Shown here piece by piece: positions 1-11,300 of a stretch of 64,000 nt of DNA (the stretch's first letter is position 1; each line of letters opens with the position of its first letter). The translations under genes and the position numbers were made by a program. Where the stretch lies: the NCBI GenBank assembly GCA_025594325.1, contig JANHCV010000009.1:496001-560000 (forward strand), read 5' to 3'. The DNA is from Blastocladiella emersonii ATCC 22665. Taxonomy: Eukaryota > Fungi > Blastocladiomycota. Below the pieces are notes generated by a model that saw only the letters and a program-made list of their open reading frames with translations, had not been told where the DNA came from and did no database searches.

Positions 1-99
1 TCGCCATCGATCGACTGGATCACATTGAACACGGTGATGGGGCTCAGGGAACACTATGAAATTCAAATAAATGGGACAATTACAGGAATATGAACCTTC

Positions 100-2515
100 T
101 CAAAGCCGGTGAGCGAACGAAACAAACGCCAGCGAGTACTCGGGCGACGCGGTGGTGCGCGGGGCCACGCGCAGCGCTCCTGCAACAGTCAGCTGCGAGT
201 TGGTCGGATCACGCACCGCCTTGAATACGGCCTGCGCAAGACGACGCGCGCTAATAACCCCGTCAAGCCCACCATCGGGGACCTCGTACAGGATCAAGTC
301 GGTGATGGGCGCTGCGCCGCCAAGGTCAATCCATTTGGCGAAGCTCTTGAGGTCAGCGCGGACCAGTAGACTAACGAGCTCGCGAAGAGGGTCAGCGACA
401 CGCGGGCACAGAGCGACGCACGAGCTCCTTGAAACGGCCGTCGTGGAAGCGGGGCGAGAAGATTGGTTCGTGCGCGAAGTAACCTCGCCCGTGGAATCCG
501 GCATGGCGGGAGCTGGGCTTAGAAGCTCGGTCAGGCGAGGAACTGCAGCGTGTGACAGCTGGCGAACAGCCGCAATCGGGTCCACGTCAATAAGCCACGC
601 GATTGCGTCGTGCCAAGCGCGTTGGAGGTGAAGGTCGCACTCGCCGCAGGTCTTGGTGAGCGGCGAACGCGAAAGGACGTGTTTACCAACTGTTTCATGA
701 ACCTGGGCGCAGACCATCACGTCCAGGAAGAGTGAAACAACTCCCTGCTCGCGAATGAGCACTTCAGCGGACTCGCGCTGCTGGTTGTCAAGGAAGACGG
801 CCACCGGAACCCAGGCGAGCGCTGAGCATAGCACGGGATCGTACCGCTGCACAAACGCGGCGGCAAGTAGAAAGGCGGCATGGGGATCGACAAGAAAATC
901 GCTGTCAAAGAGCTTTGACACGAAAGCGCGCAGCTGATCAGGGGTCGGGCGGAGCTTACTGAGAGAGGACGCGGCCGAGTTGGCAAAGGTCGGAAAGGTG
1001 TCGCCCAGCTGCCCGTGTGCGTAAGCAATGAGGCGAATCAGATCGCCTTGGCTCGCGACAAACCTTTTCGACTGCAGATGATGGATGAATGCTAGACGCA
1101 GCGGGAACGGTAGGTTAGTAATGAGCGTGATGACGTGCCTCAAAGGATGACAAACCTGCAGTAAGCCTCGCCACTAACCCATTGCCAGAGTGCGATGCAA
1201 GCGCCAAAGCAGCTGGACCCGTCGGCCCACTGCCCTTGGTCCCAAGGGCCCAGGTGATCAGGCGGACCCACGCCTCGTCATTAAGCAGCTGATACTTGGC
1301 AAATGTAACCGCGAGGTCGTCCGAAAGCGGGACCCTGTTGTAGTTGTAGCCGTATCCGGCGTCGGGATCGTGAAGCGAATTAAAGACATGCTTTTTGGTC
1401 TCGCTTGTAATTGGGGCAAGAAGCTTGTCCGGGCCGAGCTCTGCAACTCGCTGAAGCACTGCGGGACGTGAGACAAAGAAGAAAATGGGATTCCGATCGT
1501 TGAAAACGAAGTCGGTCCTGGCCCAGCTCTTGTGTACAAGCCATTCAATCATTTGAACGACGCTGTCTTCCGGCAACTCCGTTCGGTAGTAATACAGTTC
1601 AAGATACGAAGCTGCCGAGAAGTGGATCCAAAAGTGGTCGCCGAGTCGTTCCTCGTCAAAACCGAGGTTCGAGTCACGGAGCGCGCAAAGCGTCGCCGCG
1701 CTCCACGTTAGGATCGCAAGGAGGCCAGCAAAATCGATGAGCTTGATCTTGGGTTCGGCACTGTTCGTGCTGCGCCGGGCGGCGCGTTTCGGAGGCGCTG
1801 GTACGTCACAAAAAATCCTGAATGCCTTCTCGGAGAGGCAAGACCAAAGCAAGGGTGTCATTTCAAGATGAAACAGTTTGGGAGCCCGTTCCTTGGCGCG
1901 TAAAAGCAGGGGAATCAGATGCTGAGGTGCGAGGCAGTATGCGCCCACAACAAGTACCTGGAGCACGGCAGTAATAGGAAACTCCGAGCCGGATGAGCAG
2001 TTCCAATCGAAAGCCGTTTCGTGGAGGTCCTCGATTTCGAGCGCAATATCTTGAATGTCAAAGTCTGGATCGGAGAGTTTGGCCAGCGCGGGATCGAGAA
2101 GATAATCCAGGACCACGGGAATGAGCGCAGCGATGCGGCGGGCGTCCGGTTCCGGGTGCTCGGCCGAGTAGCGGATATACCGAAACGTCCGATCGTAGCT
2201 GAGCTCGGGCTCAAGGAGGTAGGTGACGTCCGTGAGGATGACGGCCTCGCTGCTCTTCATTCGTTCGGCATCAACATTGTCGACCTCTTCGGGGTAATCG
2301 CCGGGATAGCAGACATCGCGAAGATATTTTAGCCAAACTCGCTTCACCCGATCGGTACGAGACACGTCCCAGAGGTGGCGCGACGCCACCGGCACGGCAG
2401 GCTGCGGGACCGAGAGCTCAAGAACGACCGTGGCCACGTCGACGGGCAAGTTGCCAAGTCCAAGTCTGTGATCAGATTGCAGCAAGTTCCAGTCGGTCAT
2501 TTCATTGGCTTCCAT
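100..2515 (-). CDS. Family A copy A1: F-box-like N-terminus + uncharacterised helical domain + TCGEC Cys/His motif; 2 exons (2515-1156, 1091-100), about 783 aa, apparently intact
   Basis: ORFs 1115-2590 and 100-1143 are joined in phase by intron 1155-1092 (GTTTGT...CTAAC...TAG). The intron position is the same in copies A3 and A4. N-terminal LGNLPVDVATVVLELSV resembles the F-box consensus L..LP.E+...IL. Confidence 0.8.
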
Positions 2516-2749
2516 GGCAAGTGAACATCGGCGGGGAGAGGTCGGGGAAGCCCGCGATCGAAGCGACTCGATTGACGTCACTCGGATCACGCGGAGGTGA
2601 GCAGCGCGAAATTCGGCGATCGGGGCAGGGCAGCCTGTGCCACCGCATTCAACTTTGCAGTGCTAGAAATAAATAGGATGAGTAGGACGCGATGAAAAGG
2701 AGACCCATTTATGGACTAACAAATTATAACAATTATGCCGCACGCCCTA

Positions 2750-4187
2750 TCAGACTCGATGAACCAGGGAGAAAAACAACTGAGCGTACTCTGGCGAGGC
2801 AGTCGTGCGGGGCGCAATACGCATAACCTCCGCGACCATCGGCGACGAGTTGGCCGACTCGCGAACAGCTCGGAGTACGGTCTGCGCGAGAGCTCGCGCG
2901 CTCACGATGTCATCGAGCCCGCCATCGGGGATCTCGCACAGGAAAGCGGTCGTAAAGGGTGTCTTGCCGCCGAGATCGAGCCACTCCACAACGCCCTTGA
3001 GATCGGCGCGAAGGAGAGCGCGGACAAGCTCTTGAAGCGGATCGGCTACGCGTTGACACAGAGCGAGGCAGGAGGGTTTGAAATCCCCTGGCGGGGGCTA
3101 AAGAGGGGGGTAGCAAGCTTAGCAATCCGCTGTAAGACGGCAGGTCGGTAGACAAAGAAAGCAATCAAGTTGATACCATCAAGACCAGTTTGGTCCCTGG
3201 CCACGACATTTGGATGAGCCACTGGACCATCTCGGCGATGTGATCTGCAGGCACGTCCATCCAATACTCTCGCTCTTCCAGGTAAATAGCCCGCCGAGAA
3301 GTGAGTGGAAAAGAATTTCCCGAGAAAGCTTTCGTCCAGGCCGAGCATTGGGTCGCACAAGGCGCCAAGTAGCTTCGGACTCCATGAGAGGATTGCTACC
3401 AGGCCGAGGAAATCGATAAGTATGATATCTTCGTCGGTCGGATTGCGAGAGCCGTTTCGTGGCGATGCCCGCCTGCGTCGATACAGGTCCGATGCCCGCT
3501 CGGAGAGCGTGGACCAGGCATGCGTGAGGCAGCATTTTGAGGAGGAACAGCTATGGAGTCTGCTCTTTGGCACGCACGAGCATCGGAACGAGGTGCTGCG
3601 GCTCGAGAGAGCAGGCGCCAGCGACGAGTTCTTGGAGAACAGCGGCAATTGGTTGCTCGATGCCGCGGAAGCAATCGCCAGGCCACTCCCCAATGGCAAG
3701 GTCGTAAATGTCGTCGGCCAGGGTCTCGAGATCCGAGTCGTCTCCGTCCTTGCGCAGCTCCACGGCGGCTGGCACGAGATAGTAATCGAGTACCTCGGGA
3801 AAGAGGGACGCGAGGCGGCGAGCGGTCGGGTCTGCGTGGTCGGCGGCGAGCGAAAGCCAAGAAGCGAGCTGTCGAGCAAGGGTTCGAGCAAGTACGTGAC
3901 ATCCGTGATGGCGTAGCACTCGGAATACTTCCACAAGGGTTCCTGCTCGACCTCCTCGGGAAAGTCGATGTCGCGGGGAACCTATAGTCGAGAAGCTACC
4001 CGACCCATGCGTGCTTGACCCGGATGGTTCGAGTTACATCGCGAAGTGCGCTCGAAGCTGCCGAGACGGCAAACCGCGGGACCGCAAGTTGCAATGCTAC
4101 CGCGGCAAGCACGACGGGCAGGCTGTTAAAGCCGAGCTGTTGACCAGATTGCAGCAAGTCTCGTTCGTCCATTTCATCAGTTGACAT
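2750..4187 (-). pseudogene. Family A copy A2, pseudogene
   Basis: Starts MSTDEMDERDLLQ and ends FFSLVHRV* like its paralogs. It has a premature TAG at 3996-3998, frameshifts (homology alternates between ORFs 3551-3934, 3165-3368 and 3046-3936), and a large deletion removing the intron and half of exon 2. Confidence 0.85.
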
Positions 4188-4354
4188 GGTGCAACGAGGT
4201 TGACAAGGAGCGATAGGGCGCCGCGAACAAGCCTCCTCGAGGCTGCCGCTCCCCTGCATCACATGGATCACGCGGATGTGAATGTCGCGACCGCACTCAC
4301 TGACGCTCGCCAAGCTCTTCAGGAACTCGTGCTTTTGTTTGAATTGCATGTCAT

Positions 4355-6713
4355 TTATTGCGAGCCACCACGGAAGCTTTTAAACCCGGTGAGCCAACGC
4401 GACAAACGCCTTGCCGTACTCGGGCGACGCGACGCGATCGTCCGCGGCGCGACGCGCGAGGCTTCCGCAACAGACAGCGGCGAGCTGGCTGGGTCACGCA
4501 CGGCGTGGAGTACGGCCCGCGCAAATTTGCGCGCATCCACGATGCCGTCCAGGCCGCCGTCAGGGACCTCGCGCAAGCTTGCGTCCGTGAAGGGCGCCTT
4601 CCCGCCAAGATCGAGCCATTCGAGAACGCCTGCGAGGTCGGTGCGAAGGAGAAGGCGAAGGAGCTCGCGGAACGGGTCGGCGACGCGGCAGCAGAGTGAC
4701 AAGCAGGTGCGCTCGGTAGTTGCGTTTGACACGGAGCCCAGGCGCTCAACGAATCGCGGGACTGCAGTTTGCGACAGCTCGCGAACCGCTGCCTGCGGAT
4801 CCATGTCGACGAGCCAAGCCATCGTGTCGTGCCACGCGCGTTGTTCGTGAAGCTCGCACTCGCCGCACGTCCTGGTGACCGGAGTACGCGCAAGTCGATG
4901 TTTACTGGTCGCGCCTGCAAGCTGAGCACAGACCATGACGTCCAAGCACAAGGACGCGGTTCCGTCCTGCTTCAGCAAGCGAGCGGCAGCACCTCGGTGC
5001 CCGTTGTTGTGGAAGACGGCCACAAAAGTCCAGGCGATCGGCGAGCACACAGAGGAGGCAAAATGCTGCATAAAGGCCGTGGAGAGAATGAACGCGTCCC
5101 AAACCTCGACCATCACGTTGCTGTCGAAAATGTTTGCCACCGTCGCCGCCATTTTATCTTGCGTAGGGGAGGTCTTGCAGAGAGCGGTCGCGACCGAGTC
5201 GGCGAAGCGGTCAAGGTCGTCGCCAAGCTTAACCCGAGCAAAGCCAAGCAGACGAACCATGTCATGCTGGCTCGTTGACTGAACGTGGTCGACAAACGCT
5301 ACAGTGGAATCTGTCAGTTCTCATCACGAGCGAGGGTACAAACGAGGCGTACGAACCGCGTGTAAGGTTGGACACCAACGACTTGCCCGAATACAAAGCG
5401 AGCGCATGGGCAGTTGGACCGGACGGGCCACCGCCCCTGGTCCCGAGGGCCCAGGTGGTCACAAAAACCCAGGCATCGTCGTTAAGCAATTGGTACCTGG
5501 CGAGAATGATGACGAGCATTGTCGAGCATGGAATCGACTTGTGGTGCGCGCGCGAATTCTTGAGGCCGCGCTTCAACATGTTGAAGACAAATTGCTTGCT
5601 CCCCTTTGTGATCGGGCCAAGAAGCTCAGGCACGCCAAGCTCAGCAATCCGCTGCAAAACCACTGGTCGGTAGATAAAGAAAGCGATCAGGTTGATATCG
5701 CGGAAGACCAGCTTGGTTCCTGACCAGGACTTTCGAACAAGCCACTGGACCATTTCGACCATGTCGTCTGCGGGCGCCTTCATCCGGAAATCACGCTGAT
5801 CCAAAAAGGGGGCGGCAGCAAAGTAGGTTGCGAAAAACTTTCCGAGAAATGCCTCGTTCAAGCCAAACATGGGGTCACGCAAGGCGTGAAGCAGCGACGG
5901 GCTCCAGGTGTGGATAGCAACGAGGCCGAGAAAGTCAACGAGTCCGATTACCTCCTTGATTGGCTTCCGGTTGAGGTTGTCCGGATAGTCGGGGATGTGC
6001 GTGTAAAAGTCAGAAGCGCGTTCCGACAGCGTGGACCAGGCGTAAGGCGTCATTTTGAGGAGGAACAGCTCGGGAGTCCGCTCCTTTGCACGTGCGAGGA
6101 TGGGAACGAGGTGCCGCGGCTCGAGACAGCACGCGCCGGCAACAAGAACTTGGAGAACTGCAACAATCGGCTCCTCGATGGCGCGAAAGCAATAACCAGG
6201 CCACTCCGCTCCGGAAAGGTCGTAAATGTCCTCGGCAAGAACCGTGAGATCTAAGCCGTCGCCACCATTCGATAGCTTCGCGGCGGCTGGTGCAAGGTGG
6301 TAGTCGAGTACCTCGGGAAAGAGGGAAGCAAAGCGGCGAGCAGTCGGGTGCGGATTGTCGGCAGAAAACCGAGTATACTGGAGCGAGGCGTCGAGCTCGG
6401 GCTCAAGCAAGTAGGTGACGTCCGTGATGGTGAAGTCGTCAGAGTACTTCCACCACGACTGCCGTTCAACCTCGTGCTCGTCAGTGTAGTCGATATCGCC
6501 GGGGAACCCAGCAGCAAGAAGATAGGCGACCCAGGCATGTTTCACCCGGATGGTCCGAGTCGCTTCGGCCAGTCGGCGGGACGCCGCCGGGACGACGAAC
6601 CGCGGGACGGCGAGCTGCAACACGGCCGTGGCCAGCTCGGCGGGCAGGCTGTTGAAGCCAAGCTGTGGAGCAAATTGCAGCAAGTCTCGTTCGTTCATTT
6701 CATGAGCTGGCAT
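4355..6713 (-). CDS. Family A copy A3; 2 exons (6713-5357, 5298-4355); C-terminus frameshifted
   Basis: MPAHEMNERDLLQ start; intron 5356-5299 (GTTCGT...TAG) in phase 1. A 5-bp GACGC duplication at 4426-4435 replaces the paralogous ...AHRV* end (ancestral stop at 4380-4382). Confidence 0.8.
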
Positions 6714-7382
6714 GTTGTGAGGTAGGGCAGCGGGAGGTGCGAACGGACAGAGCGAACAAGCCTCCTTGCGGCGGCCGGTCCTGAACGTCACACGAGTCAT
6801 GTGCGGATAAGCGCCGCGGGCGTTTCGTCCTCGCTCTCGCTCGCGCTCACAGGAAACTAACAACTAAAAACGAGCCATCTATTGCAACCAAACACTTGGT
6901 TTTCTAAACTCGGTGAGCTAGCGCAAGGAACGCCTGCCCATACTCGGGCGACGCGATCGTCCGCGGCGCGACGCGCGAGGATTCCGCGACGGAGAGCGGC
7001 GAGTTGGCCGGGTCGCGCACGGCCTGGAGCACTGCCTGTGCGAACTTGCGCGCGTCCACCATGCCGTCGAGGCCGCCGTCTGGGAGCTCGCGCAGCAGCG
7101 AGTCCGTAAAGGGCGTCTGCCCACCAAGATCAAGCCACTTGACAACGCCCTTGAGATCGGCGCGGACTAGAAGGCGGAGGAGCTCGCGGAACGGATCAAA
7201 GACGCGGCGACACAGCGCGAAGCAGGCGCGTTTGCTGGTTGCGTTGGAGGTAGGCGATGTGCGCAGGCGCTCCACGAGGAGCGGGACTGCAGTTTGCGAC
7301 AGCTCGCGGACAGCGGCGGTTGGATCGATGTCGACGAGCCAAGCCATCGTGTCATGCCACGCGCGTTGCTCGTGAAGCTCGC

Positions 7383-7397
7383 ACTCGCCGCACGTCT
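7383..7397. repeat. Target-site duplication, 3' copy (ACTCGCCGCACGTCT)
   Basis: Exact match to 15475-15489. Confidence 0.95.
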
Positions 7398-8329
7398 GTT
7401 TTTTTTTTTGGAACCAATGCATTTATTCCTTAACAGCGGTTGTGAACTGCAAGCAGAATATCCACTGTGCAACGGGCAGCAGCCTTTTTGTGGGCAAGCC
7501 GCAGTACGACAAGCCCGGACCGTGCACGTCGAGGAGCATAGGGGGAAGAATTGTGGGAGGAGAGGGGAGTACGAGAGAGATCGGCGAACGAGGCGAAGAG
7601 AGAGCGAGCTTGAGCAGCGAGCTAAGAGAGCGAACGAAGAGCAGTAAAGAGAGACCGAGCAGAGAGACACGCTGGCGTGACCAGCTAAAGCGCGAGGACA
7701 TGCCAATGGACCAGTGGCAGTGCTGTGGTATTGGGTACGGCCTGTGAGGTTCGTCAGATGTTTTTCCATCTTTTTGTGCGGACGTTCTTCTTTCGCGTTT
7801 CTTTTCTTTTTGTTTTTCTCCTTCTTTTTCTTCTGTGCGTCAGCGCCATTCAGTGGCGGATCATGCGTTTCATCGTTGTCAGAACGAGAGAAAGTGGATG
7901 TGTCAGTACTGCGCGCAAACACCTGGTGCTGCTGGACTTGCATCGACTGCGCCGATCTTTGGTCTAGTCACATCACTGGATGTGCCTTGGGGAACCGAGC
8001 AGCCAAAGTCGGACAGAGGGATCTGCAACAAGAGCCGCCTGGGCCGCGGTGGACGGCGGGCACACTGGCGGGTCTTCTTCACGCCCAGACGGGTTGGGGA
8101 CGTGGGAATGGAGCGAGCTCAGACAGCGAGAGCAGTAGTGGTGGCAGTTGATGAACTTGAGTGTGGCAATGGGCTGGCCAAATGGGCGGCGGGCCCGCTC
8201 ACGCGGCTCGCGCGGCGGAGCTTCAGAAAAATCGAGTGGGTCGGCCTCGGCGCAGCCAGCAGAGTGAGAGAGCCAGGCGCCGCGCCAGAGGGATCGGGAG
8301 GCGACGGACGTGATGGCCGTGAGGACGGG

Positions 8330-11300
8330 TCAAGCGAGGTCGCAGTCGAGTTGGAGCGAGCGGGAGGCGAAGGCGACGTCGCAGGCGCGTACAACGCAGC
8401 CGGCGAGGCGAGACAGAGCGGCGGGGTCGCGCCAGATGGAGGCGAGGAGGCGACGGCCGAACGAAGCAAGGGACCGCGTCGCGCCAGCAACGGACTCGCC
8501 GACCATGGCGTAGCCGGGAGTGCTGAGGTCCTCGCCATGGACAGGAGAAAGCGTAGCGGGTGGTGGTGGTGGTGTTGGTGGTGTAGTAGAAGATTCGAGT
8601 GGTCGTTTAGCGGCGGCCGCGGCGGCAACAGAGGCGGCGGCGCGGCGAGCGAAGCGCTCAACAGACTTTTGGGCAGAGCCCAGCGCAGCGGACACGGCCG
8701 CGGCGTTACCTGTGCAGATCATCCAGTGACTTCCGTTGTCGTCGGCTGCTCGGCACCTAGGACACACCTGTAACGTGACTAGAGTAGGGTGGCGAGCGTG
8801 CAGTAGTGAGCGAGTGGGTGTGATCCCAAGCAGGTGGCGCACACGGTAGACGATGTTGCGGTTCGCTGCGCTGGACGTGCGCTTATTGGGCGGGCGGGAG
8901 CCAGAGCCAATGGCCATGGAGGTCGCAGTCATGTCTGGGTGCTCTTCGGGGTCAGGGGAGGAGAGGAGGGAGGAGAGGAGAGAGGACTTGGAGCGAAGGG
9001 TGGCCTCGCAACGTGCAGTGGACAGGAACTTGAGGAACGCAGTGGAGGGAATTGGAACAGGAACGTCATCAAAGTGCAACACATGCTGAACATCTAACCG
9101 GATCTGTTTGGCGAAGGGGGGAGCGAGGACGAGCTCTTGGGCCAAACCGGCCCCGTCAGCAGCAAGCTTGTTGGCAATCTCGTTCCCCTCAACGCCCGCG
9201 TGCCTGCGGACCCAGGAGAGCGAAAAGGTCACACGGCGGGCGCGCGCGGCTGCCACTGCAAACGACCATGCGTCGCTAGAACTGAGGGAAGAAGGAAAGC
9301 CAGAATCAGACAAGGAGGAGGAAAGGAACGAGATGACGCGGATGGCCATTGCAATGGCGGCCTGGGAGTCAGAGTAGATGTGGATCCGCGAGCGCTGTGG
9401 TGCCGCAGCGACCGCAAGCGCGATCGCCCACGCCTCGGCTCGCGTAGAAGAAGCTACGCCAGGCGAGACGCGCGCTGACAGACGGACGCCAAGCGTTGGG
9501 AACCACACGCCCGCTCCAAGGCGGGACGACCCAACCCCGTCCACGGCTGGCACCATGGAGCCGTCCGTAAAGACTGGCACCAGCGCGGGATCGAGGTCGA
9601 GCGGGCCCGCCTGAGCCGGGACTTGCGTTACGCGGAGGCCAGAGGTGAAGGCGTCGCGGATGTTGATGGTTGGAGCTTGATGAACTGCTTGATCGTTGTG
9701 GCGGGGTCCTGGGTAGGGCTCACGCACGCATCGCATCGCGCGTGGGCCCCACTGTCGTTTGGCTTGAGTGTCGCTGAGGTAAACTTGGAGGAGCTGAGCT
9801 GCGAGGTTGATGAAGCTTGTGCGATCCGGAACGTCCTTGCGACCCTTGGTTGCTGGATTGTCGCGGCCAGAAAGCATGAGATCTGCAAACCGAAAGTCGA
9901 TGCCATCTGAGAGTGAGCGGGACTGGATCAACTGTGACACGCGCAATATGAAGTAGCCGCGCATGGCTCGGTGGACAGTGAGCGGGATCGCGCCCCACGG
10001 GACAAGCTGGCGGATTGGCAAGTCCGTGATCGGGTCGCCAATGGTGTACTCGCCGCTAAGATCGGCAATCGCAATGCGGCGGACCCGCATGAGTTCGAGC
10101 AGGCCACCAAAGTAGCATGGCGCCTCCGCGGTCCACTCGCTGGTAGGGACAGCAAGCGGCGAGTAAGGGACTTTGAGATAAGTCTGCAAAGCTGAGAGCG
10201 AGCAGCGGACTGCCGTTCGGATGGTAAGGTCGCAATGGTTGAGAGAAGAAATCACCGCCTTCATGTGGTACCGCGTCACCAGCTCCTCAATGGACGCGAG
10301 CGCAAGAACGTCAGGGTGGTGGAGCGCCGAGGCGTGGAACGCGCTTGCGACGTGCAGCTTCTTGTGGATCAGCGCACGCACGGACGCGTCCCACTTTTGC
10401 AGGTGCTGGAGCTTGGGAACGAAATTGCGCGAGCGGTACACCATGGCCGGCCAGACGACCGCGTTGAGCACGTACACGGCCATCTTGGCGGTGATCTTCT
10501 TGTTTTGCAGCGGGAGCATCGCGCGCCCAAACGTCTCCCTCATTGACAACATGGCCGGTGCGCCCTTGCCCGAGCCATTGAGGAAGACGCCCAGGTAGCG
10601 AAACGCTCCATCGCTCAAAATCCTTGGTATCTCAACGCCGTTGGACTCAATGACGGGGGCCTGCTTCGTACCAATCAAGAGGATCGCGCCCTTGGCGGCA
10701 TTGGAGCGAATGCCGCACGCCGAATTGAAAGAGTCAACGCCGCTGACGGTGCGGCGGAGACCTTCCGGTGTGCAGGCAAAGAAGGCCGCGTCGTCCACAA
10801 ACAACAGGTTCTTGAGCTTGACAAGCGAGCGGTTCTTGTCGCCTGGGAAAAGACGCCTACGCGGAAGGGAACCTGGCGGAACAAACGCAGTCTTGAAATT
10901 GCCACGACCTGCATAGGGAGTGAGGGGGAATGCGTCTGTTGCGCGAACAAATGAATCATGACAAAGGAGGGGATCGTAGAGACAGGACCACATTAGCGGA
11001 GACTCAACGGCGCCCTGGGGCACGCCGTGCAGGCACGGGATTGGTTCAGTGAGCCCATACGCCGTGATCACGCGCAATGTGCGACCCTCAAGGAACTGCG
11101 TGCAGTACAACTGAATGAACGGCTCAGGCAGGCGGATGCGGCGCAGCGCCAGCCGCAGGATCTGGTGCGGCACCGTGTCGAACGCCTTGCTCTTATCCTC
11201 AAAGTATACGTACAGCGGCCGGTCCATGTTGCGCGCGTGGTCAATGGCAGACGAGAGGAGCTGGATTGGGACAGCCGTGTCAGTTCCAGGGAGAACAGAG

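Noticed and set aside
3068-3100. tRNA T-arm / B-box-like GGTTTGAAATCC
   Set aside because: Mismatches the GTTCRANNC consensus; no A-box or cloverleaf can be built.
6904-7422. ORF MHWFQKKKQTCGEC... fusing the LINE tail to the host exon-2 remainder
   Set aside because: The ATG overlaps the LINE polyadenylation signal (AATAAATG) and KKK is the poly(A) tail. Most likely a chance in-frame junction with no promoter.
7167-7943. 258-aa ORF in the LINE 3' region as a third ORF
   Set aside because: Low-complexity, crosses the poly(A) tail into host sequence, and has no domain.
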